A DNA stretch of 32,000 nucleotides from Zygophlyctis sp. KS116. Lineage: Eukaryota; Fungi; Chytridiomycota. Positions 11,966-21,613 of this stretch are shown here, piece by piece. The position numbers and the translations under genes were made by a program. The stretch covers positions 4,483-36,482 of the forward strand of contig BAAFSQ010000087.1 in assembly GCA_054661495.1 (NCBI GenBank), given 5' to 3'. Under the pieces are notes generated by a model. It saw only the letters and a list, made by a program, of their open reading frames with translations. It did no database searches and had not been told where the DNA came from. How positions within the stretch are numbered: the stretch's first letter is position 1; every line of letters begins with the position of its first letter.

Positions 11966-12601
11966 ATGCTTCTGATCGCAATCGCTGCCTCTACTCTTCC
12001 TCTCTTGTCTGCATACTCATTGTGCAATCCTGCAGATGTCAAGGGTCCTATTAACATCCCATTGCAGAATGTGCTTGTAACTTCTCCAATTGTGGCAAAT
12101 GGAAATATTCAAATCATTGATGGATGCACTGTATTTTTTCTTTTTTTAAAAAATTAGTTTGCCGTCGATGGATTTTCCTTGCAAAATGCAGGAACTGCAA
12201 AGTGGTTTGGTGGAGTTGGTTCTAGTGTAGATGGTATTACAATAGCCGATGATGTTATTAATCCAAATCCATCTGGTGGAAAGCAACAATTTACTTTTAG
12301 ATCAGTTGCAGGAGCTGCAGTGTCTTTTAGAGACTTTAATCAATTTAGACTCTTTGACACGCAAACTAATACTTTGATTGCAGTTGCAAATGTTCCTGCA
12401 AACGTTATGGCGTCAGGTCCTACTGTAACAGGGGGACCTGTAACAGGAACAGTAGCCATTAGTACTGCAACTTCAAATTTAAGACCAATGTCAACAATGA
12501 CTTCAAAAGCCTCTCCATCTGCCCAGGCTTCTAGTGCAGAATCATCTTTAACAGCATCTAGTGGAATTATGGCTTTCTTGATGTTGTTTATGGGTTTTTA
12601 A
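11966..12601 (+). CDS. Secreted DM13-like domain protein with Ser/Thr stalk and predicted GPI signal (paralog 1)
   Basis: Signal peptide; ANGNIQIIDGCT|FAVDGF (intron 12131-12157) resembles the DM13 G.v.i.d.ctf.i..f pattern; AVSFRDFNQFRLF; S/T-rich stalk; hydrophobic C-terminus. The DM13 assignment is by eye. Confidence 0.7.
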
Positions 12602-12634
12602 ACAAGAAATAAATTGTTTTTTTAAAATTTGAGT

Positions 12635-13592
12635 ATGAATTCATCCAATTTGTCTGATGAATTGTCGAAATACTTCAAGGACATTATATCTTTAGATTCT
12701 AAACTTCAGCGGAAAGCAATTGATGATATCTATGAAATAGATGCACAATTGGTAAATCCTTATCTAGTACTACATGGAAGAGATGAAATTATTTCTTCTT
12801 ACAAGGCATTGGCAACGTCAAACTTAAATATTCAAATTGAAATTAATTCTATTTGTAAGCATTCCGATAATAATGATAGCATATGATCAAGTACAACAGA
12901 TCGCAATGATTGATTTGCGTCAGCACTTATTGCCAAAAGCTTTAGGAGGACTAATGACTATTTCAACACATCAAATACTAAAGTTGCAATTAGAGTCCGA
13001 TTCAAAAGGAAAATTGAGGATTGTTCATCATTCGGAAATTCATTCAGCACAAGGTATTTTAAGGATTATAATTTAAGATATTATATCTCAAATGCCGATT
13101 ATTGGTGGTTGGTATGATGGAAGTCTAAGATCAGCCATGGGTCAAATATCTATGGCCGGAACAAATATTTTGGATAAAACAGGACTACTAGATTTAGTTC
13201 CTAGTTTAGTTTCTAAAACAACAGAAACTGCTTCCGCTGTTAGGCAAAATGCTAATGATATAAAGGATAAAGCTATAAATATAGGATCAAAGTCATTGGA
13301 GAGAACTGGGATGCAATCAATGTTTTCAAAATGCTATTCTCTTGCTTCAGGTTACGTAAAAGATGCTAAAGATACTGCAAAATGGGGTGCTGCAGCACTA
13401 ATTGAGAATGGAAAAGGAGAAAGAGTTGACTGTTATTCTAGTTCTTGCAAACCAGGTCAAGTCTGTTACTCGCCTACATGTCCTAGAGGAAAGAATGTAG
13501 AATTGTTATCACGAGAGTCTGTTCAAAATATTGTAAAAGGACTATATCTTGATGTCGGACAAAGGACAGGATTTCTAAAAACCATTTTCTAA
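12635..13592 (+). CDS. Hypothetical protein with NTF2/SnoaL-like N-terminal domain
   Basis: QRKAIDDIYEIDAQLVNPYLVLHGRDEIISSY and LRIVHHSE..QDIISQMPIIGGWY resemble fungal NTF2-like proteins. Introns 12855-12879 and 13054-13077. Cys cluster CYSSSCKPGQVCYSPTCPRG near the C-terminus. Confidence 0.65.
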
Positions 13593-13650
13593 TCTTGTTT
13601 TAAACATTGAATTTTAGTTCTAGTCTGACCCCAAAAAAAACGCAGATCTA

Positions 13651-14400
13651 ATGTCCAAAATCACTATTGGAATTATTGATGAGTTTAATTTCTGCTTGAT
13701 GATGCCTCCTGCATTCGGAGACAATATAGGAAATACTGAAGGAACTTCATTGAGTCTTTGCATTGGACAAGTCGTCGGATCAGACTCTGCTGGATCAATG
13801 CCTAAAGGTAATTCAAGTACTGACAATAGGATTTATAACATCTGCTCATTACATCCAAAAGAAAGATTATGTCCGTAAGATATTGTACCATTTGATAATA
13901 GAGATCTCTGGATACATTGATATTAACAAATTTGGACTTTCTCCCAATGACGGAGGTGGACAAGTAATTTTAAAATCTTAATGTTAGTATGATTCAGCAG
14001 AAAAAGGAAGTCGTCCAGGATCTGCTTGCGCCAATTATTCTTCATATTTAGAATATATAGAACCGGATCTTAAACGATACTGTGTGAGATGTTGTCATAT
14101 TGATTCATTATGCGACATTTGTAATTTTTTGTACAACATCTAATATAAGCCAGGGATACGATTGGTTGTGAAAAGGGAATGACTGGAACGATATTTGAGC
14201 CTGGATTTACACATGATGGAGTCCCAACTTTTTCTAATTCTTCATCCAAGACTGATGATTATAATTCACAGAGTACTGTACTAGGCCCTTCCAGTACTAA
14301 AACCATGTCCGATCAGACGACTGACCGCCCATCAAACAATGCATTTGGTACACTTTGTAAAGTATCTGTTGCTATTACTTGTGCGATTATTTTACTCTAG
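13651..14400 (+). CDS. MP88/macrophage-activating-glycoprotein-like Cys-rich fungal surface protein with GPI-like tail
   Basis: Spliced product (introns 13808-13829, 13875-13901, 13964-13987, 14121-14149): NFCLMMPP..IGNTEG..GFITSAHY..DYVQISG..DGGGQYD..SACANY..IEPDLKRYCVRCC..GCEK. These motifs are typical of the family in early-diverging fungi and basidiomycetes. Confidence 0.75.
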
Positions 14401-14483
14401 TAATCCCTCACAGAATTACTTTATAATTACTTAATATATCAAGTTCTACTCTAGGCTGTATAAGGCTTGAGACCTACTTTTTC

Positions 14484-15155
14484 ATGAATTTGTTCACTCT
14501 GCAATCACAAGTTAAGATTGATAATAGGATCATTACAGCTACACTCATACAATCTGTCTTTTTGGAACAATTGGAAAGACATGTCCAGGACCTTGAAGCT
14601 TTGATTCCGGACCAAAATTTCTTTTTTGAATGTCTTGGAAAGATGACGGTTGCATATTTAAGAGGATATTCATGTTTAATTTTTATTCAAAAAACTATAA
14701 AGGAAATTCATATTATTGAAAATATCAATGTTTGGAAAGCTGAAAATGGATTATATGTAAACTTTGACTCGCATCAGTCTTTATGGAATTTTAAAACAGA
14801 ATCTCAACAGAATCTATGGGAGGATCAATTACTATTAATTCAAAAATCTCTAGATAAACCTTGTATTCCATCGAAAGAAATAAAATCTCATCAGATTTCT
14901 CCTCCTAGGACACCAGACAGACAAAGTCAGCTTCGATCTCGGACAAGTTTACAGTCGTTTAAAACTAGACTTTGGTTTCCATTTAAAAGTAAAAAACAAG
15001 AATTGGAAATAATTGATCTTGAATCAGAGGAAATGGAAGAAGAGTTGACTCTACAAGACTTTCAAAGGTTGGTTCTAGAGTCTAAAAATGAACATTTATC
15101 ATTGGATTTAGACGATGATTCAGATATTTTTTCGGACTTTAAAAACCTTTTATGA
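14484..15155 (+). CDS. Hypothetical protein, possible PH-like domain
   Basis: Uninterrupted 223-aa ORF. Beta-rich segment ending NFKTESQQNLWEDQL resembles a PH C-terminal helix; SPPRTP and an acidic tail follow. Confidence 0.55.
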   Translation: MNLFTLQSQVKIDNRIITATLIQSVFLEQLERHVQDLEALIPDQNFFFECLGKMTVAYLRGYSCLIFIQKTIKEIHIIENINVWKAENGLYVNFDSHQSLWNFKTESQQNLWEDQLLLIQKSLDKPCIPSKEIKSHQISPPRTPDRQSQLRSRTSLQSFKTRLWFPFKSKKQELEIIDLESEEMEEELTLQDFQRLVLESKNEHLSLDLDDDSDIFSDFKNLL

Positions 15156-15873
15156 GTACTTGTTCTAATAATAATACATCATTGTGTTTAGAAACTTATA
15201 TTCATCATTCTAGACAATCTACGTTGGATAATGAGGATCCTCCAGCGTATTCAGTTGCACAAGTTGAAGAGACAAGTACAGAAAAATTAGTTTATAGATT
15301 TGGACCGTTATGTTTACTTATTATCGGTATTGATACATATTTTAGTAGCATTCTATTTATTTTTTCCTTCATGTCTAATTTCATAGCGAACAGTACTGGA
15401 GACATACAAACGACGTGTATTCCTCTATTTTACCTCCTTTGTACTCTTTTGGGGAAATATGGATTTAAAAATGTAATTAATACGATATTTATTAAAAGGA
15501 TAAATTATCATTCATGATATTGTATACATTGATATTTTATATTCGTTTATTTGTGGACATTGGGACCTTGATCAAACTACACGCCTCTAATTCAACAGAT
15601 TATCTGCATCTGTCCCCCTCAAAGTTTGCTTTTTCATTATTCATGATTGGTATGAGACCATTTACTCAGTCATTGATGCCCTGTGAAGATATAGAATCAT
15701 TTAGACTTTTGGGATATTGTCCAGATCAATTCATTCAAGATGGCAAAACGTTTTCTCCATTGGCTTTATATACATTCGCATCAGTTTTTGAACTATTATT
15801 TGGAATCAGTCTTTTATACAAGACTAAGAATATATATATTGAGGAATGCATTCCTCTTGGATTGCAATATTGA
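15152..15873 (+). CDS. Hypothetical multi-pass membrane protein with N-terminal PPxY motif
   Basis: ORFs 15152 and 15514 are joined in frame by intron 15473-15498. Several hydrophobic segments; EDPPAYS precedes the first one. Confidence 0.6.
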
Positions 15874-15930
15874 TATTAAATGATTTACATTTGATTTGCG
15901 GTCAGTGCAATTTGTGGCACTTTCGTGTAA

Positions 15931-17238
15931 ATGAGTCTAGAATTACAAACGTTTGACGGTACATTTGGCTTTCTTCCAAACTCCCCATTGTTGAAGCTAT
16001 CGGACCCATTGTATAAACCATGGGAGGATATTGTTGCGGATTTAAATCAGTTGATAGTCTCATCAACCATTCGCTCAAGAGTGAATAATGTAAAAATAAT
16101 ATTTTCAAATTTAGATGCCAATACTGTCTATTGAAAGTCTCGGCACAGAAAAGGAACTCTGTAGAGCACATTTACTTCTTTCGTTAATAGCACATTCGTA
16201 TATTGTTGGATTTCCGTGCATTGATAAAATCGAATCTTTTCTTCCTGCACAAATCGCTGTTCCGTGGTATGCAATATCATGTCTTCTTGGTTTAAAGCCA
16301 GTAGTCTCATACGCAAGCTTGGAATTACACAATTTCAAGATTTTAAATCCTGATTTACCTCCTAGTTTGCATAATCTGGGAATGATTCATACATTTTCAG
16401 GATCTTTTGATGAATCATGGTTTTACTTGATTCCTTTGGCGATTGAATTAGCAGGAGCGCCGGCAGTAAAGGCAATTTTGAACGCGCTTCTAGATTTTGA
16501 GAATGGGGAAATGGCTCGCATTTCAGACTATTTGAAAGTCATCAAGGATCATATTTCAGAAATGACTAAAATATTGAAGCTGATGTATAATAGAAATGAT
16601 CCTCACATTTTCTGGCACAGGGTTAGACCATATTCTGGTATTTTAGTAAATATAAATCATAGGTGGCTCAAAGAATAATGCATTGCTTCCAAATGGCATA
16701 TTTTATGAAGGTGTTACAAGAATAGATGAATATTGCTCAGAAGAGTATGAAATTCCTCCAGGAAAAGTTGGTACATGGAGAAAATATGCAGGTAAGTACG
16801 TCTATAATATAAATAATTTTAGGAGCTTCTGCTGGACAAAGCCCATTGATTCATACTCTAGATGTTGGATTGTCGATAAAACACCAGAATTTACCTTCAA
16901 CAGACTTTAATCCCATGCTTGAGATGAGGGATTATCTTTCTCAAAAACATCGTGATTTTCTATCTAGTCTCTCAAAGAGAAAATCTTTGAGTCATCATAT
17001 TATTTTATCAAAAAATACGGAATGGATGCAAAATTATAATTTGATCATTGAAGAGCTCAAATATTTTAGAGATGTGCATATTCAACTGACAACTCTTTAT
17101 ATAATTCAGCAGTCAATCAAGGATAAAAATGCAAGTCCAACAAAGGAATCATTTGTTGGGACAGGTGGGACTGATTTAGTCAAATTCTTGAAGCAGTCTC
17201 GGAATGAAACAATCCAAGCGAAAATTCAGAATGACTGA
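15931..17238 (+). CDS. BNA2: Indoleamine 2,3-dioxygenase
   Basis: GFLP..PW E, AHLLLSLIAHSY, FSGSFDESWFYLI, DPHIFWHRVRPY, YAGASAGQS, EMRDYL..HR, FRDVHIQL..YII, GTGGT. Introns 16090-16114, 16638-16662, 16792-16822. Confidence 0.93.
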
Positions 17239-17250
17239 TAGTTTGTATAT

Positions 17251-18646
17251 TCAGAGAAAATATTCTAAATTGAAGTCATTCCAATCATCATAATTGTTTT
17301 GACGGGTTTTCTTTTGATTTACGGGGCTGACAACGTCCATTTTTTCGATAAATACTCCATTCTTTTTTCGTATTCTTGTCACTAGCTCTTCTGCATTGTG
17401 TGGAATTTTTGCTACAAGATTCTTGATAAAAACACCCATTTTATCCATTGCATAATTTGCCTCTGAAATATATGTGAATGCTTGAAAAACATGAAACATA
17501 TCTTCATAAATTTCTAGTTTAACTGATATACCAGAGTGTACTGCAGAAGTGAAAAGACGCTCAGAATCATTGAGCAGTACTTCTGCATCTCCTACCTGGA
17601 TAAGTACAGGAGGAAATCCCTTTAAATCCATTTTCACTGGGCTAAGCAAAGAATCACTAAGCGACAATCCATTAGAGTATAAAGATAATGCCCAGACAAC
17701 GCCTCTTACATCTAGATTCATAACGTCAGAATTCCAATTAAAATGCCAACTTGGAGACGTTATTGCTAGGATTTAGAAAACATTTAAAATTACTGTGATC
17801 GACAAAAGGCGACATCAGAACAATTCCCTCTGGCATTTTCAAATTTAGTCTTTTTAGAAGAAATGTTAGCTGCAAGCAAAGACATGATCCTGACGAATCA
17901 CCAGCCAGGATCACGTTAAAATCATTATATGTTTCAGGCAAAATCCCACCTATAGTTTGATTTGTAAGAAAACAATAAGCCGCCAATGCATCTTCTGCAG
18001 CTGAAGGAAATCTATTTTCTGGAGCTAACCTGTAATCTATTGCGAGTACAGAACAAGTTGATGTTTGAGCAAGACCCATGGTTAAAGTTCTATGAGATTT
18101 TGAACTTAAAAATATATGCGCACCACCATGCAAATATAATATGACTGTTTCTGACTGAATGCATTTTTTGAATTTAATCCACTCCCCCTCAATAAAGCGA
18201 GCTCCTGAATCACTTGAATTTAAATCAACTCCAAAGTTCTCTGCAACTATTTTTGCCAGCCTATTAGAATTTTGAATAGAAATTTCACAACTTTCAATAG
18301 AGAATTTAGGGAATAGAAAGGCCGGGATCCTTATAGATGTTATCAAGCGAACGACAGCCATTGAATGGCGTCCTTGGGGGAGATATTGCTGCATCGCAGT
18401 TTGTAGAATTGAATGAGTTAAAGAGGTTAAGAGTGTCCAAGACGGTCGGATTGGACCATCAATGAGAAGCGACAAAAGAGTAACGAAAAGAACGCAACCA
18501 AACCAAATTGCTGATGCAACCATGAAAAATGGAAGCCATAGTGAATGCATTAATTTATGTACATGTGTATCTGGATAGGGAGGTGAACAAACTTGAGGCC
18601 ATTCTGTTTTAAGCCATGTAGGAATTTTAAATCTCGAGCGTTTCAT
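17251..18646 (-). CDS. HSL-family alpha/beta hydrolase (esterase/lipase) with N-terminal membrane segment
   Basis: LYLHGGAH oxyanion motif, DYRLAPENRFP, nucleophile GDSSG, QVGDAEVLLND, DMFHVFQ. Intron 17766-17793; first ATG 18646. Confidence 0.88.
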
Positions 18647-18694
18647 TATCAATAATTATATGACCGATATACGATCTAAAATCTCAGATGCAAA

Positions 18695-19300
18695 TCAATT
18701 CTTTTTTTTTAATTCGGCAATTTTGCTATCCCAATCCTCAATAGGGAGTGTCTTTAAACTTGATCCTTGTTCTGATTGAGCTACTTGATCAATCAAGGCT
18801 TTCATGTCCGGATGTACTTCTTCTAAATTTGTGTGAACGTAAAACTTTAGTCTTCTACGCACAGCTAGATTCCATGGATGCAATGTTTGCGAATCTCCAT
18901 TTATCGCCCAGTTTGTAAATGGTTTACTATGAATAGGAATTATGTCTGAAGGATTAACTCTGGTAGCGATCCGATTTCCGCAAAGAGATAATGATCCAAT
19001 CTCTAGCGATCCGTTATTATTATTAATGTCTGTTACATAAGGGCTGATACAATAATGGATTAATCCAGTGGAGAGAGATGATGTAACGATGGCTAAAAAC
19101 GTTTAATGTATTGAATGCATACCAATGCCAAGGGTAGACACCACTAATGGAGAATTATCAACGATTGAAATCAAAACTGTTGATGTGATTGATATACCTA
19201 GAGTTGCAGCAGAGACTCTTCTTAAGATAGATAATGTTTTCTAAAAATAAGTAATCAGAGCATCAATTACTGTCATTGGGCCATTGTATATCAATGTCAT
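18695..19300 (-). CDS. TMEM70: TMEM70-family mitochondrial membrane protein
   Basis: Manual splice (introns 19241-19270, 19093-19122): MTLIYNGPMTKTLSILRRVSAATLG...SSLSTGLIHYVSAPYVTDI...KPFTNW, then the 18695-18883 ORF. LIY.GP..K...RVS and LIH....PYV match the TMEM70/TMEM186/TMEM223 family. Confidence 0.65.
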
Positions 19301-19343
19301 TGGTCAAATAAGTCAAAGGCAGGGTTTAGGAGCTCATTACTAA

Positions 19344-19365
19344 ATACAGCCAACATACAGCCAAC
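19344..19365. repeat. Tandem duplication (ATACAGCCAAC)x2 in the 67-nt intergenic gap
   Basis: Exact 11-nt direct repeat at 19344-19354 and 19355-19365. Confidence 0.8.
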
Positions 19366-19367
19366 AC

Positions 19368-21601
19368 CTAAATATTTAATGACTGGCAAAAAGTAATGAA
19401 CGAACGGAGCGTCTTGCGCTTAAGTTCAGAAGACTTTACAAATATTCCAGGTCGTCCTATGGGGGCATCAACAACTGCCCAGCCAAAATCGAATACTTTT
19501 TGATTCCAAATGTACGTCCAGGAATTAGGGCCTTTTGGAAGATATGCTTTTACTTGTGTTGCTCCTGAATCTAGTACAGGCGCAACTAAAATACAGTCCC
19601 CAAGCATAAATTGTGATTGAAGTAAGTAGCATTCTATTTGAAATTTATAAAATGAAATTACCTGGATCAGAAGGAAATTCAAAGAACATTGTCCGAATTA
19701 ACGGGAATCCATAGTTGGAAGCTTCAACCATTAACTGTTTTTTATAGTTCTTTAAAGACTGGAAAAGTTTTCCACAAAATGATAAATGATTGAGGAGATC
19801 TTCATCAGAATAAAATTGCGAGTTTTCTTGAGGCATACTTCCTTCGTGAGTTCGGAAGACACATCCAAATGCACCTAATTCCATCCATCGAAGTAGCAAT
19901 TCTTTAGATCGCTTATGTCCAAATTCTACTCCCATAACAGGAAGTGAAAATGTAGAATATCCACCGACATCAGTATGGTTCAAAGAAAATCCAGTCAATC
20001 CACTGGTTAGTAATCCCATTAATCCTGCCTTTATACCATCATATGCATCCCAGCTCACTAATTGATCACCAGTCCAAAAAAGACTTGTCATGCCTGGTGA
20101 AGATGTAAAGCCAGATCGATGGAATATTATTTTATCTTCTTGTCCAGCAACATCAAGTACCTCTTTCTGCAAACGAGACCATTCTTCCGCATAACGGTTA
20201 TGATCAGCTGATGTGGCAACTCCACTAAAAGTAATAGCCCCAGGAGGTAGAAACTCACCTAACATTTAAAAAATCAAATTACCAAAATCAGCCATATAAC
20301 CTTTCACTCCACTATTGAAATGCCTTATTAAAATTTCTTTCATCCATTCAAATGCATTAGGATTAAATATATCCAGCAAACCAGCAGTGAAATTGGGCCC
20401 TGAAACAATTTTCAATGGGCCCTTTGTTTGCGAATCCTGGACAAGAAATCCACGTCTTTTTGCTTCGGCATAATAGTTTGCTGTAAAACTAGATTTACCG
20501 CCAGTATTTACATCTGCTAAAAATGTATTGATATAAGAAAGAACATTTATATTCCTTTCTTGCATTTCATTTACAAATGCATCCCAGTTTGGATATAATT
20601 CAGTATCAGCTTCCCAGTTCCACCATAACCTCTTCAAAGTTCGCCCAAGAATTGTCTGAACCCGTTTTCCACACCAATCCTGTAGCCAAATTCCACTCAC
20701 AGGAATATCAGCCTTTACACTTTTTTCAACAATTTCCTTGACAACTGTCTCTCCTCCTTGAATTCCTAAAATGACACCATCCAAAGCCCAATCTGGTATT
20801 TTCTTCATCCTTCCACAAATACTTGAATATTCCAGTAATATTTCCTTTGGATTTTTCCCAACTAGTATCCGTCCAGATACGTTCCTGCTACAAATTTTGA
20901 TTTTGATATGATCTTTATTAAAATCAAATTTAGAATAGCAATTATTTGAGATTAGTAAAGCCATATTCTTTGAAGTTGTATAATACGGAACAGCTTTATA
21001 CATGGAAACATCATCCCCTCCAGCATATTCACCAAACAATCTATTAGTAAAAAAAGTCAATGGCTGCAATCCTCTTCCAACCCCATCTTCTCTAACAATG
21101 ATTGGAATACTAAGTTTAAAATATATTATACCAACCTTAATCCTCTTAAATTCAAATGAGTGAATTGTTCTCCGGTGCCGTAAATAATATCTTCAGGATC
21201 AGATTCATAAGTCAATATAGTTTTATAATCATTCTGATCAGAGAGTATCCTAATAGAAAATCCCATTTGCTGTTTAGATAAACGTATAAATTCCAAGGAA
21301 AAGGGAATTATATCCCCAGAGCCGGTCAAAATTCCCCTCGCAGACACTTTAGCGTCAGTCATGTTCAGATCGGTAATTTCCCATCCAGTAGTTAAATCAT
21401 AGTCATGATCGGTCTTGTATTATTAAACTTAATTACAATAGGGAACGTTCCATATCCCTTATGAAAATCATCCTTTCCAACGCAGGCCCGCACAAAGGGA
21501 ATGGATGGAATAGAGCATAGGAGTATCTGTGGCCCTTTAGCAATCAAAACATCGCTACCTCCAATGGAAATGTCAAATGGATCTAGAAAGAAATACTTCA
21601 T
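19368..21601 (-). CDS. yihQ: GH31 alpha-glycosidase, YihQ/sulfoquinovosidase type (~710 aa)
   Basis: Introns 21414-21436, 21110-21135, 20259-20282, 19634-19661. Motifs YGTGEQFTHLNLRG, EDGVGRG, LGIQGG, WLQDWCG, KRLWWNW, nucleophile MADFGE (split by an intron), acid/base WTGDQ, HTDVGGYSTF, FRTHEG. Confidence 0.9.
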
Positions 21602-21613
21602 ACTGCACCTAAC

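Noticed and set aside
15931-18646. IDO plus the adjacent alpha/beta hydrolase as a kynurenine-pathway pair (formamidase)
   Set aside because: The hydrolase has HGGAH/GDSSG and an N-terminal membrane segment rather than the HGGxW motif of kynurenine formamidases. Convergent adjacency is uninformative in this dense genome.
19368-21601. Bacterial contamination as the source of the yihQ-like gene
   Set aside because: The gene has four host-type mini-introns, similar AT richness, and is embedded among eukaryotic genes.
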